From assembly GCF_030144855.1 (NCBI RefSeq), contig NC_082724.1, positions 48,360,001 through 48,424,000 on the forward strand: a stretch of DNA of 64,000 bases, given 5' to 3'. Every line of letters starts with the position of its first letter. Position 1 is the first letter of the stretch. The position numbers and the translations under genes are program-made. This document shows, piece after piece, positions 23,310 to 36,259 of the stretch. The DNA is from Hypanus sabinus (lineage: Eukaryota). Under the pieces are notes generated by a model that was not told the origin of the DNA, did not search any database, and was given only the letters and a program-made list of their open reading frames with translations.

Positions 23310-24130
23310 GAAAAATAGATGCAGAATTATACCATTTGGCCTATAGAGTCTGCTCCACCTTTCCATCATGGCTGACTTATTTTCCTCCCTCAACCCCATT
23401 CTCTGTGGCTTAAACTTAAGCAATTCCACAGATGCTGGAAATCCAGACTAAAACAGAACAAAGTCTATATGTTTATCGCTTGTACACAGTGCACTATAAT
23501 CCATTTGCCACTTCTTTGCTCATTTTCTTAATCTTTCCAATTTCTTCTCCAGACGTCTTTCTTCCTCAACCTAACTGCCCCTCCTTATATCGTTTTTAAT
23601 CTTGGGCACAATCATCTTTCCGTCAATGAGATCATTAACATGTAACATGAAAAGTAGCAAATCCAGCACTGATCCCTAAAGAACACTACTAGCTATGTAC
23701 AGACAATGAGAAATGTCTCCTGATTGCCACTCTTTACCTTTTGCCAGTCAGTCAATCTCTGCCCATTCTATTATCTTTCCAATAATACTATTGGCTCTTA
23801 TATTATTTAGCAACCTCATGTGTGGCACCTTGGCAAAGACTTTCTGAAAATTCAAATATAGAACCTCCACAGACTCACTTCTGTCTTTCATGCCTGTTAT
23901 TTCCTCAAAGAACTCCCAACAGATTTGTCAGGCAAGATCCCCCCTGTCCAGGAAAACATGCTGAGTTCAGCCTTATATTATTGTTTTTCTTCAAGTACCT
24001 CACAGCATTAATATTGGAATCTAATTCCTTGTCAACCACTGAATCTGAACTGGCTAGTTATTTCTTGTCTTTAGTATCCCTCCCTTCTTAAAGAGTGGAA
24101 TGGCATTTGCAATTTTCCTCTCCTCCCAAT
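23310..24130 (-). mobile_element. CR1 fragments (degenerate)
   Basis: Homologous to 14835-16105 (ctcatgtgtggcacctt, ccaacagatttgtcaggcaagat). Confidence 0.7.
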
Positions 24131-24679
24131 CCTTGATTGCCTTTTCTCATGGCTATCACAACATTTATCATCCATTGATGATTAATTCCCTGAGCCTGGT
24201 GATTGCTGGATCTTTTCATCAAAGATTAAGACTGATAACTATTGGTCAACGGGCATGTATTGATCAGAATGGCAGAGGATGTTAGTGAATAAAATAAATT
24301 TTTATTTCAATTTAGTAGTTCCATGGTTAAATTTTTATTCCAGATTGATTTGAATTTAAGATCCTAGCTGTCTTTTGAGGTTTGAACCCATGTTTTAGAA
24401 AAATAGTTAATACTATAAAATTGTGCTCAGCAGCTTGAACAGTTTGATGCTGATCTCCAACTGAACAATAGTTCTAAGCAATTTCCATTTTTATGCATGC
24501 AGAACTGCTTCCACCCACTGTAGCAGTGGATTCCAGAGCCACAGATTCATTGACACTATACGCACATCTTGGGGTTGTTGCAGGTAGAGAGCTGATGTTC
24601 ATTATCCAATGAGTGATAACTGCAGGTTTTGCTTGTACCAGCCTCGTGCTCAGTGCAGCCATTTGGTTTCTCATGTTTG

Positions 24680-25015
24680 CAAATAGGGGACTTAGAGAGA
24701 GTGGACATAGAAGATATTTCCATTAGTTGGAGTTTAAGATCCAAGGGCACAGCCTCAGAATAAAGCAACGTCCCTTTAAAATTGAGATGAGGAAGAATTT
24801 CTTCAGCGAAAGGTTGGTGAATCTATAAAGTTCATTCTCAGTGTGGTCTTGAGGCCAAGCCATTGTGTCTATTTAAGACAGAGATATGTACATGGGTTAA
24901 AGGTTTTGAGATTAAGGTGGGAGAATGGGGTTGATGAGAAAAATCAGCTATGATTGAATCCAGAGCAAATTCAATGGGCTGAACAGCCTAATTTTGCTTA
25001 TTTATATTGTGGACT
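24680..25015 (+). mobile_element. CR1 3' fragment
   Basis: gggcacagcctcagaata...gatgaggaagaatttcttcagc...atgggctgaacagcctaatt. Confidence 0.75.
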
Positions 25016-25201
25016 AGTAACCTAATCTGTGCTTGAGGTCCCCTTTGGAAAATCACATTGCCCTAATGCCCACCAACTCCATAAATAGGATATTTTTAGA
25101 GACGACTGATGGCCACTGCTAAAAGGGCACTTGCATTGAAACGTTCTCTGATGTCTTGAAAATATCCCTTGAGTTAGCTAATCTCTCTGTTGGTACTTCA
25201 G

Positions 25202-25321
25202 GTAATACGAAACTGCAGCAGTTCAGAATCTCTGGAGACAAGCCATCCATTGCAGTCCACAGATTTGAAGGTGCCACAAATTGTTCAAGAGGATTCAATG
25301 CTTTATGAAAGGCAGCCAAAA
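25202..25321 (+). other. Candidate 120-nt internal exon of an unidentified host gene
   Basis: Branch-like CTAAT plus pyrimidine tract ...tacttcAG; open frame VIRNCSSSESLETSHPLQSTDLKVPQIVQEDSMLYERQPK; donor AAA|GTAAGC. No recognisable homology. Confidence 0.2.
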
Positions 25322-25972
25322 GTAAGCAGCCTGACCTGAGAATCATCCATACCTGCCTTCATACTGTTTGCCAGTAGATCTACTGCCCCACAATAAGACA
25401 TTACTTGACTTTTTGGCCTATTTGACATTGAGCCATGTAGCAATGGAGTTGATGGAGACTCCCTGAACTCAAATAGAACCAATACTTTTACAGGCCCAAT
25501 GACAGTAAAGCTGTGTGATTGCCACCATTACAGTGGGAACCTGCCAGCTGTTTCTAGAGTACAGGTATGCACAGCTACACACAGATATCTAGAAGTTACT
25601 GCCTCCATACTTCCTCCTGTTAGCAAAGGTTCACAGCCTACTTTAGAAAAATCCTCAAAACTCATTGATGTAACTGGAAGATTTGCAAAATAGTCTCACT
25701 ATACCGACAACATATTACATGTTGATTAATGAAGTGTAAATCAGTTTTTTAATAGTGTCCTAAACAACATTTCTGGCTCTAATTTTACAGGAATAAACTC
25801 ACCCATTCAGATAAATATCTTAAGGCATAATGTATATGTAAATTCAGTTTCTACCCTAATTTCACATACATGGTATGATATTAGTTTCATGCTCTGTAAA
25901 GCATTTAAAAGATTGCTTTTAAAATTGTGCCTGTAACTGCATGGTTTGCTATCAGTGATAATTCTTCAATTT

Positions 25973-26150
25973 AACACATACACAAATTGCTGGAGGAACT
26001 TAGCAGGTCAGGCATCATCTATGGAAAGTAATAAACAGCTGATGTTTCAGGCAGAAATTCTTCATCAGGACTCATCAGTAGTGAGTTCCTCCAGCATTTT
26101 GAATGTGTTATTCAGGATTTTCAGTATCAGCAGAAGCTCTTGTATTTATT
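25973..26150. mobile_element. Inverted pair of Penelope terminal-repeat fragments
   Basis: Minus copy 25973-26072 (with CTGATGA...GAAA core) abuts plus copy ~26080-26150 (gagttcctccagcattttg). Confidence 0.75.
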
Positions 26151-26941
26151 AGTTCTTCATTGTGATTGACTTTCAAACAGCCTGATGATCTCATGGATAT
26201 TATACGCCAGGTGAAACGTTAACTCAATGGCCACCAGGAACCAGTAGACTTTCCATATGTTTACAAGGCCCAATTGCTAGGCAGTAGTATTAGCAGCCAT
26301 AGTGAGATAGTGTCGAGAATGGTGCAATGTTATGCTCATGTTCCTGGGACTAATAATCATTGATAAGGTTACAAGATGATCGTCAGAGGCAGGCAAGGAT
26401 TTTTAGCTGTCGATCTGCCACTCTCTACTGAGTGAAGATGAATGATACCCTGTAACTATAACAGACCAATGCTGGTTTGAATTTCCTTCTGTACAACCAA
26501 CTTTCCTTGAGGTGACATTTATAGAAATGAATGTTACTGAATGTCTGAACCAATAGATGTACACATCCTACATTTGAACATGAAACCAAGATGGATATGT
26601 TCTCATTATGTGGCCCTCAATTCCCTCCTTCCGAATCACCATACAGTGCAAGCTTTCATTGCAAGTCTTTTGTATTAATTCAAGGAGTGTGCACATTTCA
26701 GTATAAGCCAGCATTTAATTGCCCAAACCAAGTTACCTTTGAAGGCCATGGTGAGCTGCCTTCTTGAATCCTTGCAGTCCTTGATTTGTGGGTATACCTA
26801 TGAAACTACTGGAAAAAGTTCCAGGATTTTGACCTAGTGACAATGAAGAAACTGCAATATATTTCCATGTCAGATGGCATGAAGCACGGTAGGCAACCTC
26901 CAAGTTCAAGATCAGGCTTAATTGTCATTCAATCATACATG

Positions 26942-27751
26942 TGTAATGCCCTGGTTCACATCTTTACTTTGGCAAGGAACAACTCCTGCAGGAGGACCAA
27001 CCCTAGTTTGGAACTCAGAGAAGACAATATAGTGGGGCAGGTGGTATTGAGGAATCAAGGAGTCAACAGAAGGACAGACAGATTAAGAGAATCGTCAAAG
27101 AACTGGCAGATTGAATATGTAATATCCTGGTTCACATCTTTACTGCTATGCTGTAGACATTTCATTTAGCAGCTCTGTAAGAGCTGTTTGCGCTCCTTTC
27201 AGTCTGTTTGGGTTGTTGTTGAAGATAAGGGATGATATGGAATGTGTCCCATCCAATTAGCGTGAGGTTTTTTGTTGAGAGACATTATGGTTGGTCTTGG
27301 GCTTTTGCTTGGGGGTAGATGAAGCGAGAAGACTCTGGGGAGAACCGGTCATAACAAATAATCTGGTGAGAGACCCTTTTGTTCATGATGGATTGCGAGC
27401 ACCATTCAGAAGGTGATTTGGGCATCCACGCTGCCCGACAGCCCAGTATGTGAGTGTCAGAAGTTCATGATGAGCTCCAGCTTGTGCACATTTGACTGCT
27501 TAATTAAAATGGGCCCTTTTCTTATTGTTATTCATTATTAACCCTTTAGTTAAGATTCATAAATATAATTCCTTTGATCGTATGCTGTGCATTGTCTGTT
27601 ATTTTGTGGCACTCATTTGTACAGGGTAGCAAATGGTACAGTAACCACACAAGCAAGGGTTTGGGGTGGGACAAGCCATCTCAATCTCACGAGTTTGACA
27701 GGACTTGAAAGTGTCTTCACTAGACTTACCCAAGGAAACCTCAGTGTTTCA
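26942..27751 (+). mobile_element. Solo LTR (same family as 17674) with duplicated 5' end
   Basis: tgtaat..cctggttcacatctttact occurs at 26942 and 27118; ends ggaaacctcagtgtttCA; sits within a Rex-like 3' fragment (26900-27945). Confidence 0.75.
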
Positions 27752-28637
27752 CAAAAATACCCATGAATACAGTCAAATAAAACAGCGTTACTCCAGGGCC
27801 AAGTGCAAAACACAGTACCAACAGTTGCACACAACACAAGGCACATATAGCACACATAAGATACCAGTAAATCACAGTCACACAAAAAAAATATAATCCT
27901 GAGTCCATGAATGTTGCAGCAGTCTGCAGTCAAACACAATGAGGTCCATATGGTGGTGTACCCGTGCTCTTACTGTGTTTGCTTTTTCAGCTATCGCTGG
28001 TGGTGGGTTTGAAAGATGCAACTTAAGGAGTCATGGTGAGATTCTACATTACACAAGAAACTGCTAATGAGTTTGGAACTAAAGAGATCATTCCAACTGT
28101 GATGGGCCTCCCCAATGTACTATTTCACTCCATCTGTCATCTCACTTAAGTGATTGCGGATCATAAGGACACAGACATGGAAATCCTACTCACTATCAAT
28201 CTCTGCCTGGCATTACTTGACTTGGTTCGATGAGATATAGTGATGCGCAAACACTGCTGGCGTCTGGAGATGCTTTGAATGGCATGATCTGCATTGGTCG
28301 AAGTGAGACAAGCTATTGGGGATGTTGCTGAAGGGGGGGACTGAGGGAAAGGAAGATCTATTACAGTACCTCATTTCATCACCATCGTGAAATGTATAAT
28401 GGTCGGCCCTTTTAATGTATATACTTCCTCTGCACTTCCTGCACCCCTACACCCTAAAGACCTGCTCATTTCCTACACTTATTCCCAAAGCTCACATTCC
28501 ATGAATCTATCATTTCTTTTAAAAGACAGTTTTCCTATTAAACTGTTCTTCCTTATGTCATAGCTATAGATACCAAATGTAATTTGAATCCCATTTGTAG
28601 TCATTAATAAAATCCAAATTAATTCAGTACTTCAAAA

Positions 28638-30049
28638 AGCAAGCATGAGGAAATCTGCAGATGCTGGAAATTCAAACAACAACACACACAAAAATGCTGG
28701 TGGAACACAGCAGGCCAGGCACCATCTATAGGAGAAGCACTGTCGAAGTTTTGGGCCGAGCCCTTTCGTCAGGACTAACTGAAAGGAAAGATAGTAAGAG
28801 ATTTGAAAGTAGTGGGGGGAGGGGGAAATGCGAAATGATAAGAGAGGACCGGAGGGGGTGGGATGAAGCTAAGAGCTGGAAAGGTGATTGGTGAAAATAC
28901 AGAGCTGGAGAAGGGAAAGGATCATGGGACGGGAGGCCTCGGGAGAAAGGAAGGTGGGGGGAGCACCAGAGGGAGATGGAGAACAGGCAAACAACTAAAT
29001 ATGTCAGGGATGGGGTAAGAAGGGGAGGAGGGGCATTAACGGAAGTTAGAGAAGTCAATGTTCATGCCATCAGGTTGGAGGCTACCCAGCCGGTACATAA
29101 GGTGTTGTTCCTCCAACCTGAGTTTGGATTCATTTTGACAATAGAGGAGACCATGGATAGACATATCAGAATGGGAATGGGACGTGGAATTAAAATGTGT
29201 GGCCACTGGGAGATCCTGCTTTTTCTGGTGGACCCAGCGTAGGTGTTCAGCAAAACGGTCTCCCAGTCTGCATCGGGTCTCACCAATATATAAAAGGCCA
29301 CACTGGGAGCACCGGACGCTGTATACCACACCAGCCGACTCACAGGTGAAGTGTCACCTTACCTGGAAGGACTGTCTGGGGCCCTGAATGGTGGTGAGGG
29401 AGGAAGTGTAAGGGCAGGTGTAGCACTTGTTCCGTTTACAAGGATAAGTGCCAGGAGGGAGATCGATGGGGGGACGAGTGGACAAGGGAGCCACACAGGG
29501 AGCGATCCCTGCAAAAAGCAGAAAGGGGGGGGAGGGAAAAATGTGTTTGGTAGTGGGATCCCTTTGGAGGTGGCAGAAGTTACGGAGAATTATACGTTAG
29601 ACCTGGAGGCTGGTGGGGTGGTAGGTAAGGACAAGGGGAACACTATCCCGAGTGGGGTAACGGGTGGATGGGGTGAGGGCAGATGTGCAGGAAATGGGAG
29701 AGATGCGTTTGAGAGCAGAGTTGATGGTGGAAGAAGGGAAGCCCCTTTGTTTAAAAAAGGAAGACATCTCCTTCGTCCTGGAATAAAAAGCCTCATCCTG
29801 AGAGCAGATGCGGCGGAGATGGAAGAATTGTGAGAAGGGGATAGCATTTTTGCAAGAGACAGGGTGGGAAGAGGGATAGTCCAGGTAGCTGTGAGAGTCT
29901 GTAGGCTTAAGTAGATATCAGTAGATAGGCCGTCTCCACAGGTGGAGACTGAAAGATCAAGAAAGGGAGGGAGGTGTCGGAAATGGACCAGATAAATTTG
30001 AGGGCAGGGTGAAAGTTGGAGGCAAAGTTAATGAAGTCAACGAGCTCAC
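28638..30049 (-). mobile_element. 5'-truncated Penelope-like retroelement
   Basis: GIY-YIG ORF 29036-29329 (VYSVRCSQCGLLYIGETRCRLGDRFAEH); terminal repeat with hammerhead; perfect 10-bp TSD TACTTCAAAA (28628-37, 30050-59). Confidence 0.92.
28740..28777 (-). ncRNA. Minimal type-I hammerhead ribozyme (mutated copy)
   Basis: Minus strand TAGTC-CTGACGA-AAGGGCTCGGCCC-AAAA-CTTC-GACA; CUGANGA intact, GAAA changed to AAAA. Confidence 0.65.
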
Positions 30050-30956
30050 TACTTCAAAATATTAACATGGTCATTTTGTATGTACTATCATTAAAAAGTC
30101 AAAAGGAATTTCAAGGTAGTTTTCTTTCATGTTTAGTTTGGAAATGTATTATTTCTAATTATGTTATTTGACACTTACATTCTGGGATTTTCACAATATA
30201 CCCAGTGATCCACATTATGACACTGATGTTCAATGCCAGATGCATTATAGAGGGAACACAAAACTACTGAGTTTCCTTAGCCTGATCATTTTTTTTGCTA
30301 TCTGTAGCTTCCAGTGGAAATAATTCCCCCAATAATGCTGTAGGTTTCTCATGGAGCCAGCATGATGGGAATGACTTGGCTGCTTCATTTCTTGGTATTA
30401 ACTTCTCTTTCCTTGTTCTCTCAGATTTATCTCTTTCTCCACCAAAAAGGACATGCAGCCACCCATGCTTGCCTTGACCATTAGGAAAGGTGGACAAGTC
30501 TGATGAGATGATTTATTATGTAATTTTCTTCAATACAGTGGTGACTCCCTTTCAGTCAGTTTCTCCTTCCAGCTACAAATAATCATTCTAGAAACATAAA
30601 TACTATAATCAGGAGGATATAAAACTGCTGGAGGATCTCAGCGTCAATAAAGACAGAGGGATATTCGGGTTTGGACTTAGCCCCTACATCAGGACAGCCA
30701 TTCTACTTCGATTATCAGCTGGCTATATCCTTGGTTCTGCAATTTCTTCCCTAAATCATTCCCCCTTTCGTTATGGCACTTTTTGGTAAGACCAGCAAAA
30801 GAAACAAAAAGAATTTCTACCCCAAAGTCAGCACTCACCTGGATCCATTTGACTTCAGGGGCTGAAATGTCAAAGTGTGGAACTCTACTGTTACTTTGCA
30901 AAGTCTGTTAGATCAATGTGTGCAATGATGTATTTAGCACTGAAGTTCCAAATATC

Positions 30957-31740
30957 ACTTCTTCTTCGTCTTGTTTTACGGCAGTTGGCACCCAGCTTAA
31001 TGGTGCATTACCGCCACCTTCTGCTCTGGAGTGTGCAATAGACTTGCATTCTAAATCCCTAAAGATGTGCAACTGGTAGGTTAATTGTCACTATGAAATG
31101 CCTTTAGTTCATTGTGAGGCACAAACAGGATGCAATTGGAGACTTAGGAAATTGGGAAACACATACCCTAACCTACACTTTATCCTCCCATCTGTGGCCA
31201 TCCTAGTACACTATTGCTGCTTATCCGTCATATCCTATAAAAAAAACCCTGTATCCCTTAAAAAAGCTAAAAAATACCTTAACGTGCTCTCTCACCCATG
31301 CCCAGCAACCCTTTTAATGTAAATTCCTGCACCCCCAGTTCCCTTAGATTAATTCTCATCATCTCACTCTGTATCCCATACTTCCTGCAACTCAGAACTA
31401 CATGTTCTACTAACTCCTCTTCCTGACATTCCTCGCACAATCCTGTCTGGTGTTTCCCTATCATTTTCAATGTTTTGTTAAATGCACAGTGCCCCAGCCT
31501 TAACCTGATCCGTAATCCACTACCTACCCTAGTACCTGCAACACTTTATTGTATTTGATGTAAGTGCCTCCCTTTCCCTTCCCTGTCCCATCTTTCTTCC
31601 CACATTTTGTTGATTTGGTTCCAAATATCAGCCATTGGTTTACACTAGTCCTAGTTCCATTTTTACAAGTTTTTCCCCACATCAACATTTTATTTCCCCC
31701 AATTTCCCAAGTCTCCAATTGCATCCTGTTTGTGCCTCAC
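30957..31740 (-). mobile_element. Nimb/I-group LINE 3' fragment
   Basis: C-terminal Zn knuckle KHQTGLCEECQEEELVEHVVLSC; 3' UTR motif ggtggcggtaatgcacc; (GAA)n tail. Confidence 0.75.
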
Positions 31741-31915
31741 AATGAACTAAAGGCAACTCATAGTGACAATTAACCTACCAGTTGCACATCTTTAGGATAC
31801 AGCAGGAAGCCTGAGCACCCAAATAAAGCTCATGTGATCACAGAGGGAATATGCAAACACCACACAGAGCGTGCTCAAGTTTGGAATTGAACCTGGGACA
31901 TGGGTGTTGCAAGAA
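31738..31915 (-). mobile_element. V-SINE fragment
   Basis: caattaacctaccagttgcacatcttt...ggaagcctgagcaccc...ggaattgaacctggg. Confidence 0.65.
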
Positions 31916-32069
31916 GGGAGCTATTTATTTTTTGGTCACATGGATATTTGACATGCCTTTGCATCTTGAATTGTTTTAGCTGTTTCCTCATTTCAAAAAT
32001 AAACCTCATTCATAATATTATAAATACAAAAATTGATATTAAGCATAAATGTTTAAAACATAAATGCAA

Positions 32070-32390
32070 AATTATGAGGGATATAAATAGGGTAAATGCA
32101 AGTAGGCTATTTCCATTGAGGTTGTTTGAGATTGGAAGGTGAGGTCATGGGTTAAGGGTGAAAGATGAAATGTTAAAGGGGAACTTCTTTAGTGAAAGGG
32201 TAGTGAGAGTGTGGAACAAATTACCAGTGGATATGTTGGAAAAGGTTTTGATTTCACCATTTGAGAGATGTTTGAATCTGTATATGGGGTATGAAGGGCT
32301 AGATTGATGGACTAGACAGAATGATAGTTTGATATGGAGTGGATGGATTGAGGGGCCTGTTTCTGTGCTGTAGTGCTTTATGACTATCTG
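32070..32390 (+). mobile_element. CR1 3' fragment
   Basis: attatgaggg.tataaataggg...gtgagagtgtggaac...gggcctgtttctgtgctgtag. Confidence 0.75.
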
Positions 32391-32429
32391 ACTCTTATGA
32401 ATCTATGGCTCCAGAAAGAAAAACACAGA

Positions 32430-33060
32430 TCAAAAGCATTTTTTTACATTCTTGGTGTCTTTTGGTCAAAACATTCAGTTGTGCTCACAGCTTTCTAACA
32501 TCTGAGGAACTTCTCTACCATGTAGAGCCCCTCAACATCCAGTGGCAGAAGGATGCTAGATTGTGGTCCTTCCCCACAAAGAATTGTGCTGCCTGTACCA
32601 AGCTCCAGTGCATACCTCAGGATGTGTCAGTCAGCAGCACTCGCTTACAAACATCTGGATGTGCGGGATGACCAGCATTTTTTGGGCAAACCAAAGAGCA
32701 TCCTTCACTGCTTTGATGATCTTCTAGCAGCAGCTTATGTTATCTCAGTGTGTGACTCTGGGAACAGCCCAGAGATCAGAAAGTCCTCTGTTACATTTGG
32801 GATGAACTGAGACAAGGATCCTTGCATCCTTCTCCACGCCCTCTTAGCTAGTCCATAGTTTGCAAAGAGGTGGCTGGAACTATTCCCTTCCCCCACTGCA
32901 ACTGTAGTGAGTGCAATGTACATTAGGAATGATGTTTTGACTGTATGATAGGGATCTGACTGGGATGGCTCTCTTCACTGCCAGCCATGTGATATCTTGC
33001 CACTTGTTGTTATGTTCTGGTGACAAGGCATTCTGCCAGATAACTTGGACAGCCTGCTCA
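32430..33060 (-). mobile_element. Tx1-like (L1 group) ORF2 C-terminal remnant
   Basis: Minus-strand peptides WQNALSPEHNNKWQDITWLAVKRAIPVRS, HLFANYGLAKRAWRRM, IIKAVKDALW. Confidence 0.65.
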
Positions 33061-33589
33061 GATTTTTTTTAACAAATTACAATTGGCATTCCAAGAAAGG
33101 GCCAGCTTTCTGTAAGTGAACAGGACTTGTTTTCCTCAGATAATGAACAACATTTTGTTTTTTGTTTTCCTTCTTTACTGATTGCCAGGGTGAAGGGTGA
33201 AGCGATGCTTGTTGTTAGGAAGATAATCAGGAAGTGTTGGTCAGAGGGTTTAGTTAACAGGTTTTCAGGAACCATTGATAACATTGCAAACCTCCAATTA
33301 AATTGATTGTATCCTAAACTGATATGATCAAGTTTTTGGTCATCTGCTTTTATAAGCAATAATCAGCAATTGAAATCACCAGGACATGAAAGAGCCAACA
33401 AACAAATTGCTGTTTATTTTAATGTTCGCAGAAACAGCGGACCCTTGATTAAATTGTTTCTGGAGAATAACCACAATATTTACTAAGATCCCATTAAAGC
33501 TAAGGTGGGAGAAGCTCTGATCTTCAGTACAGAGATGTTTATTTCTATACACCGTATAGAATGCCGTACACCATATGGAGCAGACAGTG

Positions 33590-35970
33590 ATGTTAGGTTA
33601 AGGCAGGGGTCATAGTGTATTTTTCGTGTTTAACTCATTGTGAAACACAGACAAGGTAGTTTTATCTCAGTCAAACTCACCCAGCTTGGAACGTCTGCCA
33701 GTCAAGTGTCACCTGTTCAGTCTGCCGAGGAAGTTTTCCACCAACATCCTGGTACTCTCCACCTGGGCAAAGGTTAACCAGACATTGGAGGAGATGAGAA
33801 CTATGATCAACAGTTGTGTGGCAGCGCACCGTGATGCCTTCTCGATCATTGTGAGGGACTTCAATCAGACCAGCTTGAAGAAGTCTCTGACATACCACCA
33901 CAAACATTTCACCTGTATAACCAAAGGGGCCATCATACATGGTCAAAGTTACACCCCCCATCAAGAATGCTAACCATGCCATCCCTCGCCTGCACTTTAG
34001 CAAGTCTGATGTACAGGTACCACAGCACCAGGGATGAGGAGCGTAAAGATATGGTGAAGGGAGATAGAAAAGAGCTTACAGGACTGTTTTGAATTATTGA
34101 TCTGCCTCATATTCAGGGGTGCAACTTCAAATCTGATGTTGACGCTGACTTCAGCAAGACATATGCAAACGAGAAGATGACTTCAAGAACATACCAGGCA
34201 AACCTAAACCAAAAGACGTGGATGAACCAGGAGAAATGCAGTCTGCTGAGTGCTTGATCTCTTGATCTGTGGTGTTTAAGCTGGTAACTCTGAAATATAC
34301 AAGAAGTCCACCTGTGATCTATGGAAGGCTAGAGTAAGAGCAAATAAAGCAATTCTGTGTAAGGTTAGAGATATAATCAGATGCACAACTATGGCAGGGT
34401 TTGTAGACCATTACTTCCTATAACAAGAAACCTACCATCATAAATGGCTGTAGTTTTTCACTCTGTTTTATGTGCACTTTGAAAGCGAGAATAAAACAAG
34501 GCCTCTGTGAATCTCCACAGCATCTAGTGACCTTGTGACTGTCTCAGAGGCTGACATCAAAATGTCCTTCAAGAACATGAACCCTCACAAAGCATCAGGC
34601 TATGATGATGTACCTGGCAGTCTACTGAAAACCTGTACTAAACAGTTGGCTGTAGTTTTCAAGGACATTTTCAATCTCTCAATGTTCATTGTCCGATAAG
34701 TGTGTGGTAATGAAGTACTTTAGCTGTGGCTAAAATTAATTCCTGCCTGAGAAAAGACCTGGATCTGCTCCAATTAGCCTGCTGATACAATAGGTTTACA
34801 GAGGATGCAATTTGATTGGCTCTCTCTTATGTTTTGTAACACCGCAACATTAAATTAATTCAAAGGAAAACAAAAGAGCCAAGAGATATGAGTCTTGCTT
34901 CATCTTTTACATTAAGTGATGCACGTACATATCACATGGCAGTGTCATAATATATGTAATTCACTTATTTTTGCATATAACCCATAATTAATATTTAAAC
35001 AAACAAGAATGCTTAATCAAACAATACATTTACAATATTCCTCAAATACAACTGAGATATTAAACTCACACTCAGCTCAGTGTTGGACCACCTAAATAAT
35101 AACTGTACCTGCTGCTGTTTATAGATTACGGCTTGGCAGTCAACACCATCATCCCACTCAGTGCTAATCAACAAGCTTCAACTGCTGGGACTCTTTACCT
35201 CTGCAAATGGATTCTTGACTTCTTCATTAGGAGACCACAGTAAGCATGCATTGGTAATAATATCTCCTCTTTGTTGACAATTAACACAGTTGCACCTCAA
35301 GGAAGCATGCTTAGCCTAATGCTCTCTACAGTCATCACTGTGTGGCTAGGCACAGCTCAAACACCATCTATAAATTTGGTGATGACACCATGGTTGTTGG
35401 CAGAATCTCAAATGGTAACAAGGGGATATATAGGGTTGAGATAAGTTGGCCGGATCAGTGGTGTCACAATAATCTTGCACTCAGTCTTGGCAAGACAATT
35501 GAATTGATTATGGACTTCAGGAAGGGAACCAGGAGAACATAAGCTATCATAATGGAGGGGTCAGCAGTGGAAAGAGTGAACAGCTTCAAGCTCCTCCAAA
35601 TCAACATCTTGGTGTTTTTATCATAGGCACTACACATTGATGCAATCACAGAAAAGGCATGGGAGTTGCTCTACCTTATTAGATGCTTGAGGAGTTTGGG
35701 AAGGTGCCAAAAACTCTGGCAATCTTCTCCAGATGTATGGTGGAGAGTTTTCTCGCTGGTTGCATCGCTACCAGATATGCAAGATTAAAAATAAAACTGT
35801 AGAGGGTTGTAGTCTTAACTGGCTCCATCACTGGCATAAGTGTCCCACCATCAAAGACATTTTCAAAGGAAGTGACTCAAGAGAGCGGCATCCTTCATTA
35901 AGGACCCTCACCATCTAGGCATGCTCTCTTATCATTACTGCCAAGAAGGAGGAAATACAGGAACCAGATT
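33590..35970 (+). mobile_element. Rex1/Babar LINE, long degenerate copy
   Basis: VKCHLFSLPRKFS and IVRDFNQ (endonuclease), KPWMN-like, IYKFGDDTMVVG (RT), KTIELIMDFRK. Confidence 0.82.
34826..35070 (-). mobile_element. Solo LTR (family of the Gypsy at 63346)
   Basis: Shares gttttgtaac... and aacaagaatgcttaatcaaa...tttacaatatt...atattaaa with 63346-63575; interrupts the Rex copy. Confidence 0.7.
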
Positions 35971-36099
35971 ATGCACACTCATTTTTTAGCCTATAAGACT
36001 GTAAGACATAGGAGCAGTACCAGACCATTCAGCCCATCCAGTCCACTTCACCATTTCATCATGGCTGATCCCAGATCCCATTTAACCCCACACACCTGC

Positions 36100-36259
36100 N
36101 NNNNNNNNNNNNNNNNNNNNNNNNNNNNNNNNNNNNNNNNNNNNNNNNNNNNNNNNNNNNNNNNNNNNNNNNNNNNNNNNNNNNNNNNNNNNNNNNNNNN
36201 NNNNNNNNNNNNNNNNNNNNNNNNNNNNNNNNNNNNNNNNNNNNNNNNNNNNNNNNNNN
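36100..36259. other. Assembly gap (160 N)
   Basis: Run of N; the left flank is a CR1 3' end (35985-36099, minus strand). Confidence 1.

Noticed and set aside
30839-30904. Minus-strand exon-like piece ending PEVKWIQ|gtgagt (superficially chemokine-like)
   Set aside because: No cysteine motif or partner exons, weak acceptor, and the similarity spans only a few residues.
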